A stretch of 64,000 nucleotides of DNA from Escherichia phage SP15: the sequence record AP019559, one strand, 5' to 3'. Under the pieces are notes generated by a model, which was given only the letters and a program-made list of their open reading frames with translations, was not told the DNA's origin and did not search any database. The position numbers and the translations under genes are program-made. This document shows, piece after piece, positions 18,792 through 28,331 of this stretch (within the stretch, counting starts at the first letter, position 1; each line of letters begins with the position of its first letter).

Positions 18792-18820
18792 TTGCTAAAT
18801 GCTTAAATACTTGCTATAAT
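18792..18820 (+). promoter_or_regulatory. T5-type early promoter (TTGCTA, 17 nt, TATAAT)
   Basis: Directly upstream of second ligase ORF; ATAAATTGATAAGGAAG leader. Confidence 0.55.
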
Positions 18821-18850
18821 ATTTATATAAATTGATAAGGAAGAAATTTG

Positions 18851-19630
18851 ATGAAAATCGAAATTCCAACACAATGTCCCTCTTGTGGTTCTAAGCTCGA
18901 TCTTGTCAACGGACAATTATTCTGTCGTAATAAGTCCAACTGTCCAGCACAATCAAGTAAGTTAATTGAGAACTTCTGTACAAAAATGAAGTTAAAGGGT
19001 TTTGGCCCAAAAACTATTGAGAAGCTGGAGCTGACGAAGATTTCAGAACTATTTTACCTAACCGAAGAAGATTTGGTTAGAGCCGTGGGTAGCAAGGTTG
19101 CCGCTAAGTTAATTAGCGAATTAAATACTAAAGTTCGCGGAGACATTGACTTTGGTTCAGTTCTCGGTTCTTTAGGAATCCCTCTAATTGGAGAGGTTGC
19201 AGCAAAGAAATTATCCCAAAATTGCACTAGCTTCCACGATGTGAAGGCTGACGGCAAGGCTGGAGAAAACTATAAAGCCTGGCTAAATTCCACACAAGGC
19301 AAGGATGTTATCGAATTACCGTGGAAATTCACAACTGGTATTAAAGGTGCTAAAGCCGAGGTCATCATTACTGATGGTCTAGTAGCCCAACCAAATGGAA
19401 TAACGGTATGTATTACCGGATCTTTGCAAGATTTTGCAAATAGAACGGATGCAACAAACTATCTAGAAGGTCTAGGGTATACTGTTAAAAAATCAGTTAC
19501 CAAAGACGTTAAATACCTAATCTGTGAGGATGAATCTAAGCGTTCTTCCTCATCTTATAAGAAAGCCGAAACGAATGGGATAGAAATCCTGTCGATTAAA
19601 GAACTATTGGAGAAAAATAATAATGTCTAA
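18851..19630 (+). CDS. ligA: NAD-dependent DNA ligase, C-terminal part (zinc finger, HhH, BRCT-like)
   Basis: N-terminal Cys cluster CPSCGS...CRNKSNCP, then GFGPKTIEKLEL helix-hairpin-helix. Confidence 0.7.
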   Translation: MKIEIPTQCPSCGSKLDLVNGQLFCRNKSNCPAQSSKLIENFCTKMKLKGFGPKTIEKLELTKISELFYLTEEDLVRAVGSKVAAKLISELNTKVRGDIDFGSVLGSLGIPLIGEVAAKKLSQNCTSFHDVKADGKAGENYKAWLNSTQGKDVIELPWKFTTGIKGAKAEVIITDGLVAQPNGITVCITGSLQDFANRTDATNYLEGLGYTVKKSVTKDVKYLICEDESKRSSSSYKKAETNGIEILSIKELLEKNNNV

Positions 19631-20390
19631 ACTGAACTGGAACGTAGAGGGTGTAACCGAGTCTCTGAAAGCAAAAGCCACTGCTCTGGGTGTTGATGTA
19701 ATCTCTCAAGAACAAGTAGCTGCTATCGCTGCTGAACTGGCTGCTGAAACTGGCAAAGACGTTACCGCTCGCTCTGTTGGCTCTAAGCTGCGTAAAGAAG
19801 GTTTCGAAGTACAGAAAGCTAACGAAGTACAGAAATCCCCGTGGACTCCTGAGCAGGAAGCTGAACTGGTTGATTTCCTGAACGCTCATGCTGGTCAGTA
19901 TACTTATGCTGAAATCGCTGCTGCTGTAGCTGGTGGTCAGTTCGGTGCTAAACAGGTACAGGGTAAGATCCTGAGTCTGGAAATGACCGCTTCTGTTAAA
20001 CCAACTGAAAAAGCTGCTGCTGTTCGTTCCTTCACCCCTGATGAAGAAACTGATTTTGTTAACCAGGTTGTTGCTGGTGCTACTATTGAAGCTATCGCTG
20101 CTCACTTCGGTCGCAATATTAAGCAGATCCGTGGTAAAGCTCTGAGTCTGCTTCGTGAAGGTCGTATCGCCGCTATGCCGGTACAGGAAACTTCAAGTGC
20201 TAAAACTCGTGAAGATCTGTTAGAAGGTCTGGATCTGGCTAACATGACCGTTGCTGAGATTGCTGAGAAAACTGGTAAGTCTGAGCGTGGTGTTAAATCT
20301 ATGCTGTCTCGTCGTGGTCTGGTTGCTAAGGACTATGATGGTGCCGCTAAGCGTGCTAAACTGGATGCAAAAGCTGCGGCTGCTGAATAA
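19623..20390 (+). CDS. Four-repeat HTH (sigma70 region 4-like / HeH-like) DNA-binding protein, Ala-rich, host-optimal codon usage; possibly the abundant early DNA-binding protein (T5 D5-like)
   Basis: Four ~45-aa repeats each ending in an xIAxxxGxxxxxVxxxxSKLR-like helix-turn-helix; CTG/GCT/CGT/GGT codon bias unlike neighbours. Confidence 0.6.
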   Translation: MSKLNWNVEGVTESLKAKATALGVDVISQEQVAAIAAELAAETGKDVTARSVGSKLRKEGFEVQKANEVQKSPWTPEQEAELVDFLNAHAGQYTYAEIAAAVAGGQFGAKQVQGKILSLEMTASVKPTEKAAAVRSFTPDEETDFVNQVVAGATIEAIAAHFGRNIKQIRGKALSLLREGRIAAMPVQETSSAKTREDLLEGLDLANMTVAEIAEKTGKSERGVKSMLSRRGLVAKDYDGAAKRAKLDAKAAAAE

Positions 20391-20407
20391 TCTGGTAAAT
20401 TAAACCT

Positions 20408-20440
20408 AAGGGGAGGGGGCTATGCTCCTTCCCCTTTTTG
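20408..20440 (+). terminator. Rho-independent terminator
   Basis: GC-rich hairpin AAGGGGAGGGGG...CCTTCCCCTT followed by TTTTT. Confidence 0.6.
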
Positions 20441-20472
20441 CATTTAGAAGGCACGAAAGCGTGCAAAGGAGA

Positions 20473-21945
20473 ATGACCTTGTTTAACGTGCAAGCTGTAG
20501 TGTTGAAGATGCTTCTAGCTTCCGAACAGAAGCAAATAGCATTGGAAACATTCTCAAAACTGCATAAAGATCATTTTAATGACGCTTTCTCCTCAATTTA
20601 CCAAGCCGTCCAGAATTATTATAAAAAATATAACACAATGCCGTCCATTGACGCACTGATGCTTGAGGCTAATAGGAACGCCCGCCTTTCTCAAGCTCTA
20701 GTCGTTTTAGCTAACACTCAAATTCCAGAAGTTAGCATGGAACAGGCACTTGAAGTCCTAGAAGCCGAGTATACACAGGATTTATTCCTGAAGCTTCTAG
20801 AAACAGACGTGCTTCAAGATTTAACAATGCTGGATCAGGGAGAAATTCTTAACCGAGTTGCCTCCCTTCACTTAAAATTAGAAGAGAAAGTAACGAATAC
20901 TGGAAAAGTATTCAACGCAGATAACATGCGTATTTTCCAGAGAGAAGAAGATACCAAACTGAACTTAATCGCTCTTGGTATCTGTAATGAGTTCGACGCT
21001 CAAATTGGTTTAGCTCGCACAGAAACGTTACTGCTTGGTGGTTGGCGTGGTACTGGTAAATCCATTATCTGTTCAAACATACAGGTTCAGCAATATTTGA
21101 ATGGGGATATTGCTCCATACTTCTCAATTGAGATGAAAGAACATGAAGTATTTAGACGTAATCTAGCCATGTTAGCTGGTGTATCCGCACTAGCAATGCG
21201 TAATAATACTCTAGAAGGCGCAGCTCTGTTGAGATTAGCCAGAACTAGAGCTAGGATGTTTAATGGTGGTGAAGAGCTTTTCGATAACTTCGTTAAACAG
21301 TACACAATGGCTAAGATGAGTGATTTCTACGATATGGAAAGTAAGCTAATAGAAGGGTATGAACTACATACTCCTATGATTATTGTTTATGATCCTGAGC
21401 TGTCTATTACAACAGTTGACGTAGAATTAAATAAATTAGTTGCTAGATATGGGGATAAAGTTACAGTAGCTTTACTGGACTATATTAACCAAACCCGACT
21501 TCCAGATTCTAAAACCATTGATATGTATGACTGGAAAGAACAGATGGTTGTTAGCTCGTCTTTCAAATCTATCTGCCAGAAACATAACGTGGCTGGCGTA
21601 GCTCCTTACCAGATCGATCAAGATGGTAGAACACGTATGTCAAAAGGGATTCTTGATTCCGCAGACATGGCTGCTAATCTTAATGCTGCAAAAGCTGATA
21701 ATGGTCAAGGTGCTATTATGTTTGACTTCGTTAAGACTCGTTCTTCTGATAGCGTGAAGTTTATGCCTAAAATGAACTGGGAAACCCTGCGGATGGATAA
21801 TACTACCAACCTAGCAATGGAAGATATATCTCAAATGGAAGCTGAGTTCGTTATCCCTATTGAGAAGGATAAGCCGGCTCAATCTAAACGTGCTAAGAAA
21901 GACAAAGCTGAAAATTCAACAGGTGAACAGGCCAGCGATATATGA
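20473..21945 (+). CDS. DnaB-like replicative DNA helicase
   Basis: Walker A GGWRGTGKSIICSN; start uncertain (ORF open from 20422). Confidence 0.7.
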   Translation: MTLFNVQAVVLKMLLASEQKQIALETFSKLHKDHFNDAFSSIYQAVQNYYKKYNTMPSIDALMLEANRNARLSQALVVLANTQIPEVSMEQALEVLEAEYTQDLFLKLLETDVLQDLTMLDQGEILNRVASLHLKLEEKVTNTGKVFNADNMRIFQREEDTKLNLIALGICNEFDAQIGLARTETLLLGGWRGTGKSIICSNIQVQQYLNGDIAPYFSIEMKEHEVFRRNLAMLAGVSALAMRNNTLEGAALLRLARTRARMFNGGEELFDNFVKQYTMAKMSDFYDMESKLIEGYELHTPMIIVYDPELSITTVDVELNKLVARYGDKVTVALLDYINQTRLPDSKTIDMYDWKEQMVVSSSFKSICQKHNVAGVAPYQIDQDGRTRMSKGILDSADMAANLNAAKADNGQGAIMFDFVKTRSSDSVKFMPKMNWETLRMDNTTNLAMEDISQMEAEFVIPIEKDKPAQSKRAKKDKAENSTGEQASDI

Positions 21946-22475
21946 TAACACAGGAAAGGCTAAAAGAGTTATTTGATTACTCCCCAGAAACTGGGGAGTT
22001 TACTAGAAAAGTATCTAGAGGTAATCAGAAAGCTGGTAGTATAATAACCAGAAAAGACTCTAACGGTTATATAATTATTGGTATAGATGGCAAGGGTTAC
22101 AAAGCCCATCGGATGGCTTTTCTATTTATGGAAAATACATTGCCGGAAAAAGTAGACCATGTAAACAGAATACCTTTTGATAATAGGTGGTGTAATCTAA
22201 GAGACGCCACAGCTCAGGAAAATAGTAGAAATAAAACCGCATGTAGTAAGTCTGGATATTTGGGAGTTGCTTGGGATATCGAAAAACAAAGATGGAGAGT
22301 TCAAGTAAGAGACTCTAATAGCACTCTTAAAAATGGTGGCAGATTTAAGTATGAAGAGCTAGAGCTAGCTGTAAATTCAGCAAATATATTAAGGACTAAG
22401 TTACATGGAGAACGTGCTGTTATAGAAATTTTTGATACATCCAATTATCCTTCACTGGAGGAGTTAAATTCATGA
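21942..22475 (+). CDS. HNH homing endonuclease with AP2-like DNA-binding domain
   Basis: VDHVNRIPFDNRWCNLRDAT and SGYLGVAWD; ATGA overlaps with both flanking genes; paralog of 63412-63948. Confidence 0.75.
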   Translation: MITQERLKELFDYSPETGEFTRKVSRGNQKAGSIITRKDSNGYIIIGIDGKGYKAHRMAFLFMENTLPEKVDHVNRIPFDNRWCNLRDATAQENSRNKTACSKSGYLGVAWDIEKQRWRVQVRDSNSTLKNGGRFKYEELELAVNSANILRTKLHGERAVIEIFDTSNYPSLEELNS

Positions 22476-23362
22476 GTCGAATAACAGAATTACTTGATCT
22501 TAAGGGAATTGAGTATAAAGATACTGGTGGAGATATTTTAATCTGTTGTCTCAATCCAGATCATGACGATAAACACCCAAGTTTGCGTATTGACCCTGAA
22601 ACAGGTATTATGCACTGCTTGAGTTGTGGCTTCGGTAAAGGTATACCGAGCATTTACCATTATTTTAATGAGACTCAGTACCGACAGTCCCCAAGGCTAT
22701 CACAAGTACGTAAAAAGATTTCAGAGATTAGGAATGGATCAACGAATCTTGCAATTCCTGAATCTGCTTACCTTTTTGAAGGTGATTTCCGAGGTATAAG
22801 TTCTAAGACCTTGAAGAAATATTTTGCTTTCCAACACCAAGCAGACTGGGAAGGCAGAATCGTATTCCCAATCACAGATGCTGTTGGACGCAATATCCTA
22901 TTTTTGGGTCGTTCTATAAACAGTTCTGCCCCTCCTAAATACTTAGTAAAACCAAAACAAGTTTCACCGCCAATTTTTCCTGTACGATATAATACTCCAG
23001 TTCTTATTCTAGTTGAAGGCATCTTTGATATGCTGAACCTAGAGGATAATGGTATAGACTACGCTTCTTGCTGCTTTGGTACACATCAGTTTACTTCGGA
23101 TAACATTGCAGATAAGTTCAGTCCTTATATTATTGCCGGTGTAAAAGTTGTTGTTATCTTACTAGATAATGATGCTTCTGGTAATAAAGCTGCACAAGCA
23201 TTGGCCAAGCTAATTCGTACAAAAACGCGTTTAACACCTGTAGTTGCTAACTTTCTTCTGCCTGAAGGTAAAGACCCGGGTGACTTAAATAAAGAAGAGA
23301 TTGATATGTTAGCAAAACGTATTGAAATTTTAGTTGCTGAATCGCTTAAAGATTTGGTATAA
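22472..23362 (+). CDS. DNA primase (zinc-binding domain plus TOPRIM)
   Basis: CCLNPDHDDKHPSLRIDPETGIMHCLSCG zinc motif; TOPRIM LVEGIFDML and LLDNDASG. Confidence 0.8.
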   Translation: MSRITELLDLKGIEYKDTGGDILICCLNPDHDDKHPSLRIDPETGIMHCLSCGFGKGIPSIYHYFNETQYRQSPRLSQVRKKISEIRNGSTNLAIPESAYLFEGDFRGISSKTLKKYFAFQHQADWEGRIVFPITDAVGRNILFLGRSINSSAPPKYLVKPKQVSPPIFPVRYNTPVLILVEGIFDMLNLEDNGIDYASCCFGTHQFTSDNIADKFSPYIIAGVKVVVILLDNDASGNKAAQALAKLIRTKTRLTPVVANFLLPEGKDPGDLNKEEIDMLAKRIEILVAESLKDLV

Positions 23363-23388
23363 TAGTCCTAAATAACTGAGGAGCTACT

Positions 23389-23718
23389 ATGGAATATGTA
23401 TATATTTACGAGGATGTTCCAGTATACGATAGTATAACACACGAAGAGGTTAAACTAGAGCTGTTTACAGTACTAGAGTCCCTTAATAAACGGAAGGATT
23501 TTCATTTATTTGGTGATCCTAAATTACCTGCATCTTATATTTTCTTTAAAGTAAAAGATACAGGTCAAGAGGTGTATCTAACTTATGATTGGGCTGTTGT
23601 AGAAAATACTGAGCAATCTATGAAAGTGTTAGGTGCTTTTCTGCGTATAGTTGAAGAATTTCAGGCACTAGAAAAGCAGCGCAATGAAATGCGTAAATTA
23701 CTACATACCTATAAATAG
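23389..23718 (+). CDS. Hypothetical protein
   Basis: 109-aa ORF with RBS GAGGAG. Confidence 0.5.
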   Translation: MEYVYIYEDVPVYDSITHEEVKLELFTVLESLNKRKDFHLFGDPKLPASYIFFKVKDTGQEVYLTYDWAVVENTEQSMKVLGAFLRIVEEFQALEKQRNEMRKLLHTYK

Positions 23719-23721
23719 TAT

Positions 23722-23750
23722 TTGCTATTATCCCAATATTTTGATATAAT
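23722..23750 (+). promoter_or_regulatory. T5-type early promoter (TTGCTA, 17 nt, TATAAT)
   Basis: Consensus hexamers upstream of DNA polymerase gene. Confidence 0.55.
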
Positions 23751-23811
23751 ATATTGGTAAGTTAGAGAAGAAACACTGAAGTTATACTTACTTACCAAGA
23801 GGAGATTAAAT

Positions 23812-26379
23812 TTGAAAATCGCAGTAGTTGATAAAGCCCTAAATAACACTCGTTATGATAAACATTTCCAGCTATACGGCGAGGAAGTTGATGTATTCCA
23901 TATGTGTAACGAGAAGTTGTCCGGTCGTTTGCTCAAAAAGCATATTACTATCGGGACTCCGGAAAACCCATTTGACCCGAATGATTATGATTTTGTTATA
24001 CTGGTAGGTGCCGAACCTTTCCTGTACTTTGCAGGTAAAAAAGGTATTGGTGATTATACCGGTAAACGTGTAGAGTATAATGGGTATGCTAACTGGATTG
24101 CGAGTATCAGCCCAGCCCAGTTACACTTTAAACCTGAAATGAAACCAGTTTTTGATGCAACAGTAGAGAATATCCACGATATTATCAATGGTCGTGAGAA
24201 GATTGCAAAAGCTGGTGATTACCGTCCTATTACTGACCCTGATGAGGCAGAAGAATATATCAAGATGGTGTATAATATGGTTATCGGACCTGTCGCATTC
24301 GACTCCGAAACCTCAGCACTATACTGTCGAGATGGTTATCTGCTTGGTGTTTCTATTTCTCACCAAGAGTATCAGGGTGTATATATCGATTCTGATTGTC
24401 TCACAGAGGTTGCAGTATATTACCTCCAGAAAATTCTGGATAGTGAAAACCACACTATTGTTTTTCACAACTTGAAGTTTGATATGCACTTTTATAAGTA
24501 CCATCTGGGACTTACTTTTGATAAAGCACATAAAGAACGCAGGCTCCATGATACCATGTTGCAGCACTATGTTCTAGATGAACGTCGGGGTACTCATGGC
24601 TTGAAATCTCTAGCAATGAAGTATACCGATATGGGTGACTATGACTTCGAACTAGATAAGTTCAAAGATGATTACTGCAAAGCACATAAAATCAAGAAAG
24701 AAGATTTCACCTATGATTTAATTCCGTTTGATATTATGTGGCCTTACGCTGCGAAAGATACAGATGCCACCATACGTTTGCACAACTTCTTCTTACCAAA
24801 AATTGAGAAGAATGAAAAACTTTGCAGTCTGTATTACGATGTTTTGATGCCTGGTTGCGTATTCTTGCAACGTGTTGAAGATCGTGGTGTACCTATTTCT
24901 ATTGATCGTTTAAAAGAAGCTCAATATCAGTTAACCCATAATCTGAATAAGGCCCGTGAGAAACTGTACACTTATCCAGAAGTTAAACAGCTAGAACAAG
25001 ATCAGAATGAAGCATTTAACCCAAACTCTGTTAAGCAGCTACGTGTTCTTCTGTTTGATTACGTTGGCTTAACTCCAACAGGTAAACTGACGGATACTGG
25101 AGCAGATTCTACGGATGCAGAAGCTCTAAATGAACTGGCTACGCAGCATCCAATTGCTAAAACTCTGCTAGAGATTCGTAAGCTGACTAAGCTGATCTCT
25201 ACTTATGTTGAGAAGATTCTACTGAGTATTGATGCAGATGGTTGCATTCGTACTGGTTTCCATGAACATATGACTACTTCTGGTCGTCTGAGTTCTTCTG
25301 GTAAACTGAACCTGCAACAGTTACCTCGTGATGAATCTATTATCAAGGGTTGTGTAGTAGCTCCTCCGGGGTATCGTGTAATCGCATGGGACTTAACAAC
25401 TGCGGAAGTTTATTATGCTGCTGTTCTATCTGGGGATAGAAATATGCAACAAGTATTTATCAACATGAGAAATGAACCTGATAAATACCCTGACTTCCAC
25501 TCTAACATCGCACACATGGTATTTAAGCTCCAATGCGAACCTCGTGATGTTAAAAAGTTATTCCCAGCTCTGCGTCAAGCAGCTAAAGCAATTACCTTTG
25601 GTATTTTGTATGGTTCTGGCCCAGCTAAAGTAGCTCATTCTGTTAACGAAGCTCTTCTGGAGCAGGCTGCTAAGACAGGCGAACCGTTTGTAGAGTGTAC
25701 TGTTGCAGATGCTAAAGAGTACATTGAAACTTACTTCGGTCAGTTCCCGCAGCTTAAGCGTTGGATTGATAAGTGCCACGATCAGATCAAGAATCATGGA
25801 TTTATCTACAGTCACTTTGGTCGTAAACGTCGTCTGCATAATATCCACTCCGAAGACCGTGGTGTTCAGGGTGAAGAAATCCGTTCTGGATTTAACGCAA
25901 TCATTCAGTCTGCTTCTTCTGATAGTCTCCTTTTAGGTGCTGTAGATGCAGATAATGAGATCATTTCTCTTGGCCTAGAACAAGAGATGAAGATTGTTAT
26001 GCTGGTTCATGACTCCGTAGTTGCTATTGTTCGTGAAGACTTGATTGATCAATACAATGAAATCCTGATTCGTAATATTCAGAAAGACCGTGGTATCAGT
26101 ATTCCTGGCTGTCCGATTGGTATTGATTCAGATTCTGAAGCTGGAGGTTCTCGTGACTATTCTTGCGGTAAGATGAAGAAACAGCACCCATCAATCGCTT
26201 GTATTGATGATGATGAATATACTCGTTATGTTAAAGAAATGCTACTTGATGCAGATTTCGAGTATAAGAAATTAGCTGCAATGGATAAAGAGCATCCAGA
26301 TCATAGCAAGTACAAGGATGATAAGTTTATTGCTGTATGTAAAGATCTGGATAACGTGAAAAGGATTCTCGGTGCTTAA
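23812..26379 (+). CDS. DNA polymerase, family A with 3'-5' exonuclease domain
   Basis: 855 aa; Exo I FDSETSALY, motif B RQAAKAITFGILYGSG, motif C LVHDS; TTG start after AAGAGGAG. Confidence 0.9.
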   Translation: MKIAVVDKALNNTRYDKHFQLYGEEVDVFHMCNEKLSGRLLKKHITIGTPENPFDPNDYDFVILVGAEPFLYFAGKKGIGDYTGKRVEYNGYANWIASISPAQLHFKPEMKPVFDATVENIHDIINGREKIAKAGDYRPITDPDEAEEYIKMVYNMVIGPVAFDSETSALYCRDGYLLGVSISHQEYQGVYIDSDCLTEVAVYYLQKILDSENHTIVFHNLKFDMHFYKYHLGLTFDKAHKERRLHDTMLQHYVLDERRGTHGLKSLAMKYTDMGDYDFELDKFKDDYCKAHKIKKEDFTYDLIPFDIMWPYAAKDTDATIRLHNFFLPKIEKNEKLCSLYYDVLMPGCVFLQRVEDRGVPISIDRLKEAQYQLTHNLNKAREKLYTYPEVKQLEQDQNEAFNPNSVKQLRVLLFDYVGLTPTGKLTDTGADSTDAEALNELATQHPIAKTLLEIRKLTKLISTYVEKILLSIDADGCIRTGFHEHMTTSGRLSSSGKLNLQQLPRDESIIKGCVVAPPGYRVIAWDLTTAEVYYAAVLSGDRNMQQVFINMRNEPDKYPDFHSNIAHMVFKLQCEPRDVKKLFPALRQAAKAITFGILYGSGPAKVAHSVNEALLEQAAKTGEPFVECTVADAKEYIETYFGQFPQLKRWIDKCHDQIKNHGFIYSHFGRKRRLHNIHSEDRGVQGEEIRSGFNAIIQSASSDSLLLGAVDADNEIISLGLEQEMKIVMLVHDSVVAIVREDLIDQYNEILIRNIQKDRGISIPGCPIGIDSDSEAGGSRDYSCGKMKKQHPSIACIDDDEYTRYVKEMLLDADFEYKKLAAMDKEHPDHSKYKDDKFIAVCKDLDNVKRILGA

Positions 26380-26869
26380 TTTCAAATTGCCCGTCTATGC
26401 GTTACGGGCGTTTGTATCAATTGAGCAAGAAGGTGATTATTCCGTAATTACAACAAGATATAATAAATATGTGCTAGATAACAGGAAGTTGCCTGGCACG
26501 TTTTCTCAACGTAGGCTTATTCTATTTGAGAAACGGAAAGAATTACCATACAAGCTCTATCCTATTAGAGGTAGAATATCAATGTTGTCTCAATTAGTTG
26601 GGTCAAAGCGTAACCAATTTATAGATTCTGATGGAAATCTTATTAATTGGAAGAAAACTACGTTCTACGATGTTGTCACCTCTAAAGTTTTGCATTCAGC
26701 TAGAATTTATAATGGAAAATACCAATGCTATGTGGCTAAAGTCCCTTATCCATTTGTATTATCCTATGTTCCAGCTTATATAAGCTATATTCTGGTAAAT
26801 AATAGCCCTGTTATTTATCAAGTCCATCAAGAGGAGCCTGAAATTCCTAGACTTAGAATAAAATTATGA
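26372..26869 (+). CDS. Hypothetical protein
   Basis: 165-aa ORF overlapping both neighbours. Confidence 0.45.
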   Translation: MLNFKLPVYALRAFVSIEQEGDYSVITTRYNKYVLDNRKLPGTFSQRRLILFEKRKELPYKLYPIRGRISMLSQLVGSKRNQFIDSDGNLINWKKTTFYDVVTSKVLHSARIYNGKYQCYVAKVPYPFVLSYVPAYISYILVNNSPVIYQVHQEEPEIPRLRIKL

Positions 26870-28218
26870 AGGTTGTTATATCTAATAAAGCCTATTTCAA
26901 GCCCGATGATGAACTTTGGGATTATTGTAGTAAGCAAACCACTTATCACATAGAGACAATGACTAGTAAATACCCTATTATGTATAAGAATAGTGGTGTT
27001 GTTGCCAAAGAGATTAAGTGGATTCCTATTACGCGTCTGGACTTACTAGATGCTAAAGGAGTAAAATACGAATTAGTCGATAAACGCACATTAGCTCCGG
27101 TAGATATACCAAAACCTAAGTTCAAACTGCGTGAAGAAGATCAGCTTCCAATATATGAAGAATGCGATGATACCTGTATTATTAATGGTAAGCCTGGATT
27201 TGGTAAGACTATTCTAGCCCTTGCACTTGCGTATAAATTTGGCCAGAAAACTTTGGTAATCTGTACGAATACATCCATTCGTGAAATGTGGGCGGCAGAA
27301 GTTCGTAAATGGTTTGGGTTTGAACCAGGCATCATAGGTTCTGGGAAATACAATATTGATCCACCAATTGTAGTCAGTAATATTCAAACAGTGAATAAAC
27401 ATGCGAATAATCTTTCTAAAGTATTTGGTACTGTTATAGTTGATGAAGTTCACCATTGTGTGGCTACAACTTTCACTAACTTCCTAGAAATATCATGTGC
27501 TCGCTATAAAATTGGACTATCCGGCACACTAAAACGAAAAGATGGTTTACAAGTTATGTTCAAAGATTTCTTTGGATATAAGATATTTAGCCCGCCGGTT
27601 AATAATACTGTTGCACCTACAATCCATAGGTACTCCGTGCCTGTTGAGCTATCAGGAAACCAAAACGTGCCGTGGGCATTACGTGCTAACGATGTGTATA
27701 ATCATCCTGAATATCGAGAGACTATTATAAACCTAGCACATTTATATGTGAATATGGGACATAAAGTACTCATTGTAAGTGATAGAACAGAGTTAATCCA
27801 AACAGTACTAGAAGCACTATCTCAGCGAGGAGTCACAACCTATGAGATTATTGGCGCAACCCACTTAGATAACCGATTAAAAATTCAGGAAGATATAGCA
27901 AAAGGTGGCCCTTGTGTACTTGCAGCAGCTCAAAGTATCTTCTCTGAAGGTATTTCCCTTAATGAGCTATCTTGTTTAATAATGGGAAGCCTCATTAATA
28001 ATGAATCTCTCATTGAACAGCTTGCAGGCCGTGTTCAACGTATTGTCGATGGTAAACTCGACCCTATTGTTGTAGATCTAATTATGAAAGGTGGCACTGG
28101 ACTAAGGCAGGCTTCTGGACGGATGGCAGTATATCGTAACAATGGGTGGAAAACTATTACTATGACTCCTGAGAAAGCAGTTCAATTAGCTAAAATTGCA
28201 TTTGGCAACAGCTCATAA
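26866..28218 (+). CDS. SF2 DEAD/DEAH-box ATP-dependent helicase (T5 D10-like)
   Basis: Walker A GKPGFGKT, Walker B VDEVHHC, helicase C-terminal motifs. Confidence 0.8.
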   Translation: MKVVISNKAYFKPDDELWDYCSKQTTYHIETMTSKYPIMYKNSGVVAKEIKWIPITRLDLLDAKGVKYELVDKRTLAPVDIPKPKFKLREEDQLPIYEECDDTCIINGKPGFGKTILALALAYKFGQKTLVICTNTSIREMWAAEVRKWFGFEPGIIGSGKYNIDPPIVVSNIQTVNKHANNLSKVFGTVIVDEVHHCVATTFTNFLEISCARYKIGLSGTLKRKDGLQVMFKDFFGYKIFSPPVNNTVAPTIHRYSVPVELSGNQNVPWALRANDVYNHPEYRETIINLAHLYVNMGHKVLIVSDRTELIQTVLEALSQRGVTTYEIIGATHLDNRLKIQEDIAKGGPCVLAAAQSIFSEGISLNELSCLIMGSLINNESLIEQLAGRVQRIVDGKLDPIVVDLIMKGGTGLRQASGRMAVYRNNGWKTITMTPEKAVQLAKIAFGNSS

Positions 28219-28230
28219 ATGATGTATAAT
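28202..28230 (+). promoter_or_regulatory. Early promoter (TTGGCA, 17 nt, TATAAT), first of a tandem pair
   Basis: Followed by ACATAAATTTGAGAGAGAAAG leader. Confidence 0.5.
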
Positions 28231-28301
28231 ATATACATAAATTTGAGAGAGAAAGTTTCGGATTGATAAGAAAGTCCGAAGCAGAAAAATAAAAATTTTA
28301 G

Positions 28302-28331
28302 TTGCTAAATTCTCTCGAAATCTAGTATAAT
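28302..28331 (+). promoter_or_regulatory. Early promoter (TTGCTA, 18 nt, TATAAT), second of a tandem pair
   Basis: Followed by ACATAAATTCGAGGAGAAAAC leader. Confidence 0.5.

Noticed and set aside
19623-20390. Horizontal acquisition from the host suggested by higher GC and host-like codons
   Set aside because: The same host-optimal codon pattern is seen in the major capsid gene and other likely abundant phage proteins, so it more probably reflects selection for high expression than recent transfer.
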